A stretch of DNA of 64,000 nt from the human T2T-CHM13v2.0 reference genome, Homo sapiens. The notes under the pieces were generated by a model. The model saw only the letters and a list, made by a program, of their open reading frames with translations. It was not told where the DNA came from and made no database searches. This document shows, one piece after another, positions 34,200-48,068 of this stretch. The stretch is taken from the NCBI RefSeq assembly GCF_009914755.1, contig NC_060929.1, one strand, 5' to 3'. Both the position numbers and the translations under genes were made by a program. The number at the start of each line of letters is the position of its first letter. The stretch's first letter is position 1.

Positions 34200-35865
34200 T
34201 TCATAGAAATATTTTGTAAAATTCTAAAATTTATGTGGAACCACAAAAGACCCCAAATAGCCAAAGCAATCTTCAACAAAAAGAACAAAACTGGAGGCAT
34301 CATTTCAAAATTTACCACAAATCTATAGTAACCAAAATAACCTGGTATTTGCATACAAGGAGACACACAAACCAATGGAATAAAATAGAGAGCCCAGAAA
34401 TAAATCCAAATGTGAAGGAACAATTGATTTTCAACAAAGATGTCAAGAATACACAATGGGAAATGAACAGTCTCTTCAATAAACGGTACTGGGTAAACTG
34501 CAGATACACACGAAAAAGAATGAAATTAGACTTTCCTCCCACACCATACACAAAAATTGACTCAAAATGATTAAAGAATTAAATGTGAGATCCGAAGCTG
34601 TAAAACTGCTAGAAGAAAACATAGGGGGAAAAAGCTCCATGGCACTGGTTGGGGCATGATTTTTGGATATGATCTCAAAGGCACAGGCAACAAAAGCAAA
34701 ATTAGACAAATGGGATTATATTGAACTAACAAGCTTCTGCACAGGCAATGAAACAATCAACAAAGTGAAGAGCTCACATAAAGAGTGGGAGACTACATTT
34801 GCAAACCATACATATCATAAGGAGTTAATATCCAAAATATTAAGAATCTCAAACAACTCCATAGTGAGAAAACCTGATTTTTTTAATGAGCAAAAGACAT
34901 GAATACACATTTCTCAAAAGAACACAAATAAATAGCCAACAAGTATATAAAAAAATGTTCAACATCACTAATTGTCAGGGAAAAAGCAAATTAAAACCAC
35001 ATGAGATACCACCTCAGACCTGTTAGAATGGCTGTTATCAAAAAGGCAAAAGATAACAAGAATCGGCAAAAATGTGGAAAAAAGCAAATCCTTGTACACT
35101 GTTGGTGGGAATGTAAATTAGTACAGCCATTGTAAAAAACACTACGGAGATTCCAGAAAAAATTAAAAATAAAACTACCAAACACATGATCCATAAATCC
35201 CACTACTGGGTATATATCCAAAGAACATAAAACCAGAATGTCAAAATGACATCTGCACTACCATGTTTATTGCAGCACTATTCACAATAGCCAAGATATG
35301 GAATCAACCTAAGTGTCCATCAGCAGATGAACAGAAAAAGAAAATGTAGTGTGTATACACAATATAATACTATTCAGCCTTAAAAAAAATGAAGAAATTC
35401 CTTCCATTTGCAGCAGCCTGAAGGAACCTAGAGGACATTACATTACATTAAATAAGCCAGGACCAAAAAGACAAATACTACATGATCTCATTTACATATG
35501 AAATCTAAAACCACGGAACTCATAAAAGCAGAGAGTAAAGTGATGGTTATCAGAGGTTGGTGGAGTGGCAGTCTGGGTTGGGGTCAGGCAGAGTTGGCTA
35601 CAGGACATCAAATTTCAATTAGACAGGAGGAATAAGTTTGAGGTATCCATTGTACATCATGACAACCATAGCTAATAATATATTTTATACTTAAAAATTG
35701 CTGAGAGTATATTTTAAGTATCCTCACTGCAAAAAATAATAATAATAAGTATGTGAGATAATGCATATGGTAAATAGCTGGATTTAGCCATTCTTCAATG
35801 TATGCATATATCAAAAAATCATGTTTTCCATCATAACTATATACAATTTAACTTGTGAATTAAAT
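34200..35865 (+). mobile_element. L1MA (about L1MA6-8) ORF2 3' part and 3'UTR
   Basis: aaatttatgtggaaccacaaaagaccccaaatagccaaagc; 3'UTR agacaggaggaataagtt...gatttagccattc. Confidence 0.85.
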
Positions 35866-35891
35866 GAGCGAATTCTTAAAATAATTGATGT

Positions 35892-36573
35892 TGCTGGAGA
35901 GGATGTGGAGAAATAGGAACACTTTTACACTGTTGGTGGGACTGTAAACTAGTTCAACCATTGTGGAAGTCAGTGTGGCGATTCCTCAGGGATCTAGAAC
36001 TAGAAATACCATTTGACCCAGCCATCCCATTACTGGGTATATACCCAAAGGATTATAAAACATACTGCTATAAAGACACATGCACACGTATGTTTATTGC
36101 AGCACTATTCACAATAGCAAAGACTTGGAACCAAGCCAAATGTCCAACAATGATAGACTAGATTAAGAAAATGTGGCACCTATACACCATGGAATACTAT
36201 GCAGCCATAAAAAATGATGAGTTCATGTCCTTTGTAGGGACATGGATGAAACTGGAAACCATCATTCTCAGCAAACTATCGCAAGGAAAAAACCAAACAC
36301 CGCATGTTCTCACTCATAGGTGGGAATTGAACAATGAGAACACGTGGACACAGGAAGGGGAACATCACACACCAGGGACTGTTGTGGGGTCGGGGGATGG
36401 GGGAGGGATAGCATTAGGAGATATACCTAATGCTAAATGACGAGTTAATGGGTGCAGCACACCAACATGGCACATGTATACATATGTAACAAACCTGCAC
36501 ATTGTGCACATGGACCCTAAAACTTAAAGTATAAAAATAATAAAATAAAATAAAGTAAAAAATAAAATAAAAT
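35892..36573 (+). mobile_element. 5'-truncated L1PA3/4-like 3' end
   Basis: aatgctaaatgacgagttaatggg; (TAAAA)n tail; TSD aaaataattgatgt at 35878 and 36574. Confidence 0.94.
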
Positions 36574-37215
36574 AAAATAATTGATGTGGTAACATATGAC
36601 AGATGTTGCTATTAGTAAAATATTAAAAATTTTTAAAAGAATATATGAAGTCTAGTAAGTCAGGTTTGGATGTAATGAAGTTAACTCACAGGAATTGACT
36701 TGACTGGGTTTCTTAAGTATGAAACCCACAAGAACAACACCCTCTTCCAAAGACCTTTTCCACTAACTCCACCAAACAAAACAGACATAGTCTTTCTCTT
36801 TTCCAGAGTCCATTTCTTATGTAGCAGCCAGATTTCTCCCTACACTATTTACAACTCTCCCACCCCAATTTTATTTGATCATCTTGTTCTCTGAGCCAGT
36901 AATCAGTAAGATTCTAATTACCTTTCATCCTTTTTTGAGGCATGCATTCATCCATTAATCTTCAGTAATAATGTCACTTAGAAAAGTCCTTTTATATTTC
37001 ATACATCCTAGAGCTCATTTTGAAATTCTTGGCTATTTGCTTATATGATTCTTGAGCTGGCTGCCAAAATGTTGGGAGACACAGTGGACAAGATAGAGAA
37101 GTACATATTCATATCTGATCCCACTTTCCCCCACTCTGGGAGAAGCAGTAGGCTTACAAATTGTTCACTGAAACTGATAGACAAAGACTGTATTAGTAGT
37201 ATGTGCCCAAAATAA

Positions 37216-37218
<3 letters not shown>

Positions 37219-37260
<42 letters not shown>
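37219..37260 (+). repeat. (CA)21 microsatellite
   Basis: Direct count from the sequence. Confidence 0.97.
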
Positions 37261-37262
<2 letters not shown>

Positions 37263-37331
37263 TTGATTAACAGTTGTAGTTGGTTAATATTTGTATTAGT
37301 TTGGTTTAACTTTAAATGTATGAAATAAATA

Positions 37332-37338
<7 letters not shown>

Positions 37339-37386
<48 letters not shown>
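37339..37386 (+). repeat. (TA)24 microsatellite
   Basis: Direct count from the sequence. Confidence 0.97.
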
Positions 37387-37390
<4 letters not shown>

Positions 37391-38049
37391 CTTCCCCAAA
37401 GCAAGACGAAGTACAATAGGCAATTAAAGCATGGTCTTGGTTTGGGGGCACTCAACTTTGAATTTTCACACTCTTGTAAATTTGCTGTGCTGAGAACCTT
37501 TTTACTCCTGTTTAACATTCAGGACAAAAGCAATGTACATGTCTATAGGCCTATTTGTCAAGAAATAAAAGTAATAAATGAGAGACACATTTGAATAACA
37601 AGAGTGAACTAGACATGAGAAAATAGAACAGGCCTGGGCAACTTCAATTCTCCATCTTAAAATTACTCACTATTGTTGAGAATAATAGAATATCAAAAGA
37701 AGAAATCCAAAACTCAAATTAATTCCTATCCTCCCAGGAGAAGCTGCCTGCCTGATTCTGATCTGTCTTTCATGCGTTGTTCTCACTCAAACTTACAATT
37801 TCAAGGGCTAGAGTGTCACTCCAATATGCAAAGAGGCATTGGCATTAATAAGAGTTATATTTAGAAATCCTTCTACTGTGAGATAGAATACAATATTAAA
37901 CTTGTGAATTTTAAGGTCATGACAAGGACACATTGACTAGCTAAAGTTTCAAAATTATGTAAATGAGCTCCTTTGGTAATCACAGGCTTTACAAATGTTC
38001 TGTCCAAATTAAAAGGGAAAAGTTTGTTCATTCTTCCTGCAAATAAGGA

Positions 38050-38410
38050 CCATCAGGATGGGCATGTTATATTCTGGTAACAAACCATCCCAAAATCTCA
38101 AAGAGACTTTTAAAAACAAAGGTCTATTTCTTTCTCATCCCACATGGCCATGATTTTACTCTTGGCACCAGCTGACAGAGCAGCAACCATCCTAAATATT
38201 GCTGATTATTATGATAATGGGGAAAAATATTCTTAAAGTGCGTTGCATGAGTAATTAACTATTTCTGTCTAGAAGTGACTGTCACTTCTCTCACAACTCA
38301 TTGGCTGAAACAAACCATGTGACCCCACACAATTGTAATGGGACAAGGAAGTATAATCTCTCCAGGTATCCAAAGGAAAATAAGATGACAACCAGAGCAG
38401 TAAACACAAC
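38050..38410 (-). mobile_element. MLT1J-like LTR fragment
   Basis: ggtaacaaaccatcccaaaatctca...aacaaaggtctatttct motif. Confidence 0.6.
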
Positions 38411-38469
38411 AACAACAACGGGCTTCTCTTCTCACTAGCTTCCAGTTCGCATCCACCACTGAGAAACAC

Positions 38470-39350
38470 AGGGGGAAATCAGAGGGAGGCAGAAGAGTGG
38501 AGGCCCCACTCCCTTTACGATGGTGTTGCTGCTGGCTGGCTGCATGACCCAGCCAGGGTTCAAAGTCCTGTCAGGTAGCCTACACCACATCCATTTCCTG
38601 GCTTTCCAGAGTAGTGGTCAAATCCTCTCTAGTTCCTTCAGGTCTAAGAATAACTCCCTAATGTTTCTAGTCCCAGGGTACTGAAGTATCCCCTGTGGTT
38701 TTCCTAATTGTTGTGGACTGAATTGTGTCCTCTTAGCATTCCTGTGTTGAAGCCCTACCTCCACAGTGCGATGGTATCAGGAAATGGGGCCTTTGGGGGA
38801 TAATTAGGTTTAGAAAAGGTCTTGAGGGTAGGATCTTCATTATGGAATTAGTGCCCTTAAAAGAAGAAACACCAAAGCTCTCTCTGTCTCTCTCTCTTCT
38901 CTCTTCTTTCTCCTCTCTTCTCTTTCTCTCACTCTCTCTCTCTCTCCTCTCTCTCCCTTTTTTTCTTTCTCTCTCAACTCTTTGACTCTTGACTCTCTCT
39001 TTCTCTCATTCTCCTCCTCTCACTTTCTCTCATTCTCCCTCTCTCCCCCCATTTCTCTTCTTGCTGTTTGAGAATATAGTAAGAAGGCAGCCATCTGCAA
39101 GTCAGAAGATGGCCCTCATTAAGAATCTAGCCTTCCTGGCACCCTGACCTCAGAGTTCCAACTTCCAGAACTGTGAGAAATAAATTTATTTTGTTTAAGC
39201 CACCCAGTCTTTGGCATTTTCTTATGGCAGCCCAGCAGACTAAGACATTGATCCCACCTATACTCTTATAATAATCCCTTTATTAAACTCTTCTCAAATT
39301 ACCTAATACGAATATGCCATCCCTTTCCTGCTGAGATCCTTACTAACGCA
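38470..39350 (+). mobile_element. LTR41-like LTR split by an MLT1A insertion
   Basis: ccttcaggtcta...tagtcccaggg before the MLT1A and ttattaaactcttctcaaattacc after it. Confidence 0.55.
38709..39247 (+). mobile_element. MLT1A-like MaLR LTR with internal CT-rich expansion (38879-39060)
   Basis: Starts tgttgtggactgaattgtgtcc, ends gcagactaagaca; contains ctgtgagaaataaattt. Confidence 0.85.
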
Positions 39351-39519
39351 ATATGCATTTTTAATTCTCCATTGTTTGTACCTATAATTTATCTCAAACT
39401 TGTAATTTCCTATATACATGACAGCTTAATTATGCCTTGGAAAATTAGAACAAACTTCTATTTAAAAGGGAGAAATGTTTAAGTAAATGTAGCATTTATG
39501 TTTTATTCAAGGCATTGTA

Positions 39520-39720
39520 AAGAGGAAGGCACAATACAGCATAATCATTCAGAGAACAGGACTTGGGTTTAGGCAGACCTGGGGTTTAGTCGCATCTCTA
39601 CACATTGTAGCAAAGTTATTTGGCCACCTTACTTAGCTTCTCTAATACTCTCATGCCTTACCTGTCAAATAAGAATTATCATTTGCCTTACAACCAAGTT
39701 ACAGAGTTGTAATGGCCCAA
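39520..39720 (+). mobile_element. MIR
   Basis: ggcagacctgggg and ttacttagcttctcta core-like motifs. Confidence 0.5.
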
Positions 39721-41039
39721 AACCTGGAGTAAAGAAAGCTATTACTATTACTCACTTACCAAAAATGCTTTTTTGGTATTGCTATTTTTTGTGATTTTGC
39801 TATTACTGGATATTGCTATTACTATTGCTTCTTGAAACCTGAGCAAATCTGTGGGTGCCAATTCTCACAACCATCACAGCCTACGGGACTTTTCCATTAA
39901 GGGGAATAGATAAGTGCCCATCAACAAGATCCAAAAGCAACATGAGCTAAGGCCAGGAGGCATCCTGCATTTGCCTACAGAAGATTATCTTCCACAGCAA
40001 AGCTAATCAAAGCTTTATTATCTTTAATGAAGTTCTCATATTAAATGCAGGACACTTGATATAATTTATCTTGATCAATTTTTAATGCTTAGAGGAAGTT
40101 GTTTGACAAATTATTTGTTCTGCCTGCACATTCTCTCTTTATCATTTTTCTTGCCTGCCACTACATTAAACGTGGACATGACCTACAGAGCGGAGTGAAA
40201 AAAACTAACAAGCATTAAGCCCCTACTTCAGCAACTAACAGGAGACTTATTCACACAAGACATCACTTAATTTTTCTTCAGCAACACAGAGTTTTCCATG
40301 GCTCAGTCAATAAGCATCTCACAGGAAAGTCAAACTGGGCTCTGGAGTCTCCATGTATTATGAGCCTTTGCAATGGGAAAAAGAACTTCTCGGCAGGCAC
40401 ATTAAATCGTGAAAGGTCTGAAAACCAACAACAATTGTGGTCAGGCAACCAGAAATGTTTGCTTCCTAAATCCCATGCCGAAAAATAATTTCTAATAAAC
40501 TGCTACTTACAAATGACCTTGAAAGTACCTAATCGACCCATAATTGCAAGATGAAAGTGTTAGGAAAATGAGTTATATAACCTTAATCAACTTCCTTAAC
40601 CTCTTTAGTTTTAGACTCCTCATTAAGACGGGGGAAAGAACAGTACAAAGGGCAAGGGCTGCTGAAAAGAATGAAATTAAATAAGGCATGCAAAGTATAG
40701 CACCTGATATAGAAGAAAATAATAACCGTTAGGTATTTTATTATTGTGATATCTGATATCCATTCTAGCTATTTCTAGCTATGAAATATTGATCCACTGC
40801 CATTTAGAAAATTTGATCCATCTTGCAAGAGAAAGGTTATTCTTGTTATATAACTACTCTTAGAGTTTAAGGCTTCCCTCTAATCATATGCATCCCAAAA
40901 GGATTTGACAGTTTTCAGTTGTCAAGGCCATCCCATGGGGGTGAAGATAACTAGCTTGTTAAATAATTCCATATCAATAAGCCAAACAGCTTTTTCTGAT
41001 TTCTGGTTCATTGCACTATGGAATATAATAGAAATAAGA

Positions 41040-41616
41040 TGTGGTTAATATTATGTGTCAACTTGGTTGGATAGAAGGATGCCTAGATAGCTGGTAAAGT
41101 ATTGTTTCTGGGTATGTCTGGGAGGGTACTGCCAGAGGAGATTGACGTTTGAGTCAGTGGACTGGGAGAGGCAGACCCACCCTCAATGTGGGTGTGCACC
41201 ATCCAATTGGCTGCCAGTGTGGCTAGAACAAAGCATGCAGAAGAAGGTGGAAGAAGCTGGCTTGCTGAGTCTCCTGGCTTTCATCTTCCTTCTGTGTACA
41301 TGCTTTTTGTCCATTCCTCCTGCCCTTAGACATCAGACTCCAGGTTCTTTGGCCTTTGGGCTCTTGGACTTACACCAGTGGTTTGCCAGAGGCTCTTGGG
41401 CCTTCTGCCAACAGACTGAAGGCCGCACTGTTGGCTTCCCTACTTTTGAGGCTTTTGGACTCAGATCAAGCCACTCCTGGCTTCTTTCTTCCTCGGTTTA
41501 CAGATGGCCTATCATGGGGCTTCACCTTGTGATCATGTGAGCCAATTCTCCTTAATAAACTCCCTTTCACATATGTCCTGTTAGTTCTATCCCTCTGGAG
41601 AACCCTGACTAATACA
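41040..41616 (+). mobile_element. MLT2A2-like (HERV-L) solo LTR
   Basis: tggttaatattatgtgtcaactt...gagtcagtggactgggagaggcagacccaccc...ctggagaaccctgactaataca; AATAAA present. Confidence 0.9.
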
Positions 41617-42305
41617 TAAGGTGACCTTTACCCTAGGTGGCCTTGAGAGCTCCAGGAGACCAGGTTTTAAATATTAAACCTCAAATATCTACTAATTTGT
41701 TTCAAGGGTTCACTATAACTGTGAATTTATAATCTTAAAACAAGAAAAAGAAAAAAGGAAACAAGAAAAGAAGTACTTATTCATGTTTTAAGGTTTCTTA
41801 GTTTTCTGATAGGTATTTCTTTTACAACTCCTTTTATGACTCAAAGTATGCTTTTAAAATGGGGAGGGAGTATTATCCCAAATGTCCTTATTATCATTAT
41901 CAATTCATCTACAAATATCCTACCATACAAGGCAATATTCCTAAAGGCATCCGCGCCAGATAGCTGATCATCGTTACTGGGTGAACTAGTCAGAAGGAAG
42001 GTATGTTTATGGAGTCAAACATTTCACAGTCCATTGTTTTTTCCCAGTCAGGGCCCAAAATGTAAGAAATTAAGCAAATGGAACTCTAGCCCTTCGAAAT
42101 ATTTTTCTGTTTAGTCAATTTCCTTGGAAAGAAAAGAGAGGTCTTAAAGCAGAAATAGGCATTTTTACTCAGAAATTGTTGCCATATTAGCTTAAGGGAG
42201 TGAAGCCTATCATATAAAAGTGCAACTCAACCAAATTTGGCATGCCACTCCAGATACTCCACCTCTATACTAAAGTCCAAAGCTGGGTAAAATTTGAGCT
42301 TTCTT

Positions 42306-42547
42306 TTTTTTTTGAGACAGACTCACTGCACCTCCGACTCCCTAGTTCAAGCGATTCTTCTGCCTCAGCCTACCGAGTAGCTGGGATTACAGGCACGCAT
42401 CACCACGCCCAGCTAATTTTCGTATTTTTAGTAGAGATGGGGTTTCACCATGTTGGCCAGGCTGGTCTCAATCTCCTGACCTCATGATCCGCCCGCCTCG
42501 GCCTCCCAAAGTGCTCGGATTACAGGCATGAGCCACCACGCGCAGCC
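42306..42547 (-). mobile_element. AluS (Sg/Sc-like) with a right-arm deletion
   Basis: gagacagactcactgc junction; TSD aatttgagctttctt at 42291 and 42548. Confidence 0.93.
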
Positions 42548-42929
42548 AATTTGAGCTTTCTTATAGGATTATAATTTTTTTTTTAAGATTTAATACTGAT
42601 TTTTTTTTCCAGAATAAACTTTCATAAGACAATCCCATTATTATGGCGTGGGCAGACGCCTCCTGCCTTGTATCCATCTCATCTGCAGTTGACAATCAGA
42701 GAATCCACAAAGTGACTGCCTACCAAAGACTACAAAATAAAAGGGCACAATAAAGTGTCCTTTAAAACACCTTCAAAAACTCCTGAATACACATTGTTCT
42801 ACAAGGTGACTTTCTTGAACTCTTCGAAAGTGAATGTCATGAAAACCAAAAACAGACATACACCAAAAAAATAAAGCAAGCAAGAGAGCAAGAAAGTAAG
42901 GAAGAAAAAAAGAAAGAAGAAAGACTGAG

Positions 42930-43640
42930 GCACAGCCATTATAATGGCTAAATTTTTTTAAAAACATACCTTACCAAGTATGTTGGCAAGAAGGAACTGG
43001 AACTCTCTTGCATTGCTGGTGAAAATGTAAAATGCTACAACCACTTTGGAAAACAGCTTTGCAGTTTCTTAAAATGTTAAACATATACCTACTATATGAT
43101 TCAGCCATTCCAATCTAGAAATACACTCAAGACAAAAAAAGCAAATGTCTGTACAAAGACTTGCCCACCAATAGTCACAGCAACTTTCTTTGGAAAAGCC
43201 AAATCATGGAAACAACCCAAATGGGCATCAACAGGTAAATGGATAAACACATTGTGATATATCCACAAGATGAAATGCTGTGCAGCAACAAAAGGATGAA
43301 CTATTGACACATGCAAAAACATGGAGGAATCTCAAAATAGTTACACTGAGGAAAAGAAGCCAGACACAAAATAGTACATACTGTATGATTCCCTTTACAT
43401 GAAAACCTACAAAATTCAAATTATCTCTAATGACAGAAAGATCAGTGGTTGCCAGAGGATGAGGGAGGAAAGTAGAGTGAGGACAACAGAGAAAGTTTAC
43501 AAAGGGGAACCAAGAAGCTTTGGGGGTGACATATACATTCATTGCCTAGATTGTGATGATAGTTTCACCATGTATACATGTCTAAACTTATCAAATTATA
43601 CACTTTAAATATATGCAGTTTTATTTCAACTATATCTCAC
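42930..43640 (+). mobile_element. L1ME/MD-like 3' end
   Basis: ccactttggaaaacag, aaagaagccagacaca...actgtatgattcc and tatacactttaaatatatgcag motifs. Confidence 0.8.
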
Positions 43641-45059
43641 TTTAACATGTAAAAAAAAGATGGAGGGACTACTCTAGATTAAAAGAGGTTAAAATTCATC
43701 CAAACATGTGAACATTGGACTCTTCTTTTAGAAAAATCACATAAGATAATTGCAGGACAATTGAGGAAACTTACATATGAATTGCATAAGTAATATGGTA
43801 CTTGGGTTATTTCTTCTAAGATATAACAACAGTATTGTGGGGAAGTTTTTTCTTTTTTTATTCTGTTATAGCAGCCCAAACTGACTAAGACATTATTCCT
43901 ATTTTGCAGACAAAAAAAATAACACAAAGATTAACTAGCTTGCCCAGAGTTATATAGGATAACTGGAAGAGCAGGTACTTATACCAGGGCAGTCTGAGTC
44001 TAGAGCTGGTACTCAAGTCTGAGCTCCCAATGCCTCTGAAGTCCAGGCAAGAAACATAATGAGCGGGTGGGGCCTGTGACAAACTGGTACATTCAATTCC
44101 TGCTCCTCGGCCAATATTGTCACGTCTTTGGACTATTCAAAAAAAAAGCCTGAAATTTGAATTTAAAGGCAAAATTTCTTGGTTGCTTTTGCTTGATTAT
44201 TTGTTTACATAGGAGAAATTTCATTTTTAAAATATAATACTGATAAGAAGTAGACATTTTGAAAGAGAAATTCTGCCCATAAGCCATCAATTTAAAATCT
44301 ATATCAAAACTATTAAAGCCCTTTGGCACTGCTGCATTAAGAAATATATTGAGAATTTCCAAGAAATTCTGTCTTTATGGAATCCATGATCCAAGCCAAA
44401 AGTTAAAATATCTACCCCTATCCACGAGGCCCTATTCAATGATATTTCTGAAACTAGAAACTTCTATTATGCCGAAACACCAGATGGGTAACAGGTTTTG
44501 TGGAATGCACAAGCAGTACACACAGAACTTTGAGCATTCTTTCTCTCTTCACCATTTCACCAGGTCTCTGTGTCTATAGTACACAGAGGGGACACAGAAC
44601 ACAGAGAAGACAATGTTAACAAGGGAATCCTTCTCTAACTTCTGTCCCCAACCGACCTCACCTTGTCAACTTTCAAGAAGAAAAGGCAGATATGGCAAAG
44701 ATAATAGCATCTACTTCCTCTACTCAGTGCCACCAACAGATGCTACAAATGCTGACAGCACCATACTTCATTTAGTTCCCTGTGCAGGATTGGGGGTTTC
44801 TGAGAATCTCATTGCCGGCATACTCTCGCTCTGCTGTTTTCTCTTGAGGACCACTTCCCTTTCTTCACCTCATCACTGGGCTCAGGTCCTCACTGATGGG
44901 CTTTCTTTCTAAGCCTAAGGAAAAGGGAAAGAGGAGAGTAAAAGAGCAGAAAAGTTCCCCTAGTGTGTGCACGACACAAGTAATCCTCTACAAGGTAACA
45001 TTTCTGTGTTGGCAACCCTAGAAGCAGGTGCAACAAGTTAGTGCCAAGGAGAAATCAAG

Positions 45060-45290
45060 GTCATAATAATAGTATTATTTAAGCACTTATTATGTACTAG
45101 GTATTGGATAAGATACTCTCTAAACATCATCACTAGAGCTCTGAGGAAGACTCTTAGGGCATCTCAAAGATGGAGAAACTGAGACTCAGAATAAGTTTAC
45201 CTGTCTCAGTCTAGGGTTCACGTTTTATAAATGCCACACCAGGGACTCCAATCCAGACCTCATGCTGGTCCCAGAGCTTTTTCCATCATA
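45060..45290 (-). mobile_element. MIR
   Basis: atttaagcacttattatgt and gatggagaaactgagactcaga motifs. Confidence 0.7.
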
Positions 45291-45439
45291 ACATTCTGTC
45301 TCTAGGAGCAAAGATTTATGATGAAGAAGAAAGAATGGGGTTAGAAAAAAAACAAAAACAACTTCCAAAACAGAAGAGCACACCTCCCTATTGTAAGCTT
45401 CAGCCACCAGCTCTCCAAAGCTAAAGCTTTGTTTCCAAA

Positions 45440-45600
45440 GCTTTGTTTCTCACTGTCTCACCAACAGAATTACGTGGGGGAGCTCACTTAAAATACCAAT
45501 TCCTGGGTCCTACTCTAGACTTAATGAATCCACATCTCTAGGGTGGGGAACCAGGAATGTGCATTTCTAATTGCAAACCCACAGTGGATTTTAATCAGTG
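45440..45600. mobile_element. MER5-like hAT MITE
   Basis: attcctgggtcctactctagact...tctctagggtgggg..caggaatgtgcattt. Confidence 0.6.
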
Positions 45601-46189
45601 GTTCTTCAACTGAACCACTGAATTTGATGATTCAGAAAAGGAGGAAGGCAGAGTCTAACAATCTCTACCAGATATTCAAAGATGAAAAAGACACTTTAAA
45701 GTAATAACCGAGGAAGGAGCTTTTGCTGCCAGACATACAATTTTTAATTTTTTTGAGGCAAATAATTATTATCAACAAACATCTCAAGGAAATCTAGTCC
45801 ATTTATTTTACTTGTTTTGACATCTGCTGATAATGACAAGCTACAGGGAAAAGCGGGTTTCAGGATTGCAGCACTTAGTTAATTTGTGGCTGATTATTAA
45901 AAAATAATATATGCAGCTCCGTGTTTCTCCAGAGGTGAGAGTTACAAATTACTATGCTTGGTCCTGTTGCCACTGCCACTGCTGATGTTATTGTTTTTAA
46001 AGAATTGCAGCCTCCATATGTTTGTGAATATTAATAGTTTGAGGTTTTTCAGGTTGCCATAGCCACCTCAGCTCCCTTCTGCCGGCAGGACATGGTGCAC
46101 TGGCAGTCAGTATTGTGAAGGAATCCACGTATGTAAATGTAACCTGGGAAGCTGCTCAAGCTGGAAACAGCCTCTTTCCTTCCCACGAT

Positions 46190-46800
46190 TCCCAGTTTTA
46201 ATCGTTAGTGACCAAAATGCACATGCTTCCAGCCCACTAGCCATCTCAAACCCAGCACAGTTATCCTCATACATCCATCCTCCATATCCCTGGTAACCGA
46301 TCCTTCACTGTGCTTTTTTGAACCTTTATACACACATTCTGACTCAATCCTTCCGGCAATACTTCCTCCACCTTCTCTCCTAAACTGAAACATGGCCCTT
46401 CCCTGATTATGATGACACTGAACTCCTAAGTATATGCAAATCCTGGTGATCATTTTCTTTTCTAACCCGTCCCTCACCCTACCATCCCATTATCTCAAAA
46501 ACTACAGGTAGGTGGGTACCAGCCTCAATGTTTCTGATTCCTCCACTGTTTGACCATTCCCTTTCAGGGAATCCTCCTTTTATTAACCTCCTCCATCTAA
46601 TTTTGCCATGCCTTTCTGATCTCAATCTTTGTCTTCTAACCTCTGTGGGACCCCCAAGCTTTCCTATGGGTCCCATCTCCTATCACCCCCCTTAAGGAAC
46701 TACACAGAGATTAGATGCCAGCCTCAGCTACTTTACCTCCTCTACTCTAAAGCTGTTGCTTCAGCTCCATCTCTTGTTGATTTAAGTTCTACCTACAGGC
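46190..46800 (+). mobile_element. L2 LINE fragment
   Basis: Pyrimidine-rich diverged sequence with ccatctcaaacccagca and ggaatcctcc motifs. Confidence 0.45.
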
Positions 46801-47094
46801 CAGATCAAATGCTTCCACCATAGTGATGAGTTTTCTACATTTCCAAGTTGACTGACATTGTCTCTGGATCCACAAAGCATGTGAAGCTGTGGAACACAGT
46901 GCTTAGGAATGTGGTCATTGGATTAAATTATGCAGGTAAAGTCCTGGCTTTTCCACTTTGCGCCCCTGTGGTTCAGGACAAGTGTTCTAACCTTAAGACT
47001 TCAGTTTCCTCACCCCTAAAATGATAACAGTAATAACATCTATTTCACAGAATCATTATGAAGATGGAAGAGATAACTTCTGGGTATAATTTAG

Positions 47095-47680
47095 ATTAGT
47101 TGAAGATAAGAGGAAACATAACTCATACTAGCATAAGCAACAAAAGTGTATTACTGGCCCACTAATCTGAAAGTCCAGAGAAAAAAGAGTCTTCAGGCTG
47201 GGTTTGATTTCAGTGGCTAAGCCACAGATTCAAGAAGTGGTTTCTTTTTTACTCCCTCTGTTCTGCCTTCTGTGGAGTCAGCAGGCTTGCTTTCCCTCAC
47301 AGGTACAAGGAGCTTCTTCTTCCAAAGCAAAGGAATGAACAAAATGATCACTTCAAAAAGTTCTCCCAAAATAGTGAGAGAACTTTTCCAGCCATTCTCA
47401 GAAAAACCTCTCATGGCCTGTAGTCCAGATGTGAATAGCTCTTCCCATTCACATGAGAAATGGCTCTTCCCATTCACATTCACAAAGTCCCATCCTTGAA
47501 CCATTGCCTGGGGCAAGGGAATTCCTTGCACTAATTGGCTCAGACCTGCTCACCCTAGCACAGAGAAAGGGATTACAAATCCTGGAAAGCATCTTTCCAT
47601 CTATAAACTGCACAGTAGGTATAAGATAAGGAAGAAGAGGCAGTTGGATGTTGGGAGGATGACATAATATTCACAATGGA
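47095..47680 (-). mobile_element. MLT1K/L-like LTR
   Basis: ataagcaacaaaag..tattactggccc...tgaaagtccaga...cttcaggc; cccatccttgaacca. Confidence 0.55.
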
Positions 47681-47802
47681 TGGTCAAGTCCTTCACTAAT
47701 GATGGGAAATTAGTAAACACCCTGCTAAAATCAGCAGTGATTACTACATCATTTTTACCATTGATGACTACTTCTCATTCTTCTTTATATTATCATTTAC
47801 TG

Positions 47803-48068
47803 TCAAACACTGCATGTTCTCACTCATAAGTGGTAGCTGAACAATGAGAACACATGGACACAGGAAGGGGAACATCACACACCGGGGCCTGTCACGGGAT
47901 TGGGGAGCTAGGGGAAGGATAGCATTAGGAGAAATACCTAATGTAGATGATGGGTTGGTGGTTGCAGCAAACCACCATGGCATGTGTATACCTGTGTAAC
48001 AAATCTGCACATTCTGCACATATATCCCAGAACTTAAAGTATAATTTTAAAAAAAGTTAAAAAAAAAG
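47803..48068 (+). mobile_element. 5'-truncated L1PA7-like 3' end
   Basis: aatgtagatgatgggttgg...gcaaaccaccatgg...cccagaacttaaagtataa. Confidence 0.92.

Noticed and set aside
37193-37594. YIYIYI and CVCVCV ORFs
   Set aside because: These are translations of the (TA)n and (CA)n microsatellites.
41055-41080. MLT2A LTR as a DUX4-driven embryonic promoter
   Set aside because: The expected site (recalled as ttgattggattga) reads ttggttggataga here, so it appears degraded.
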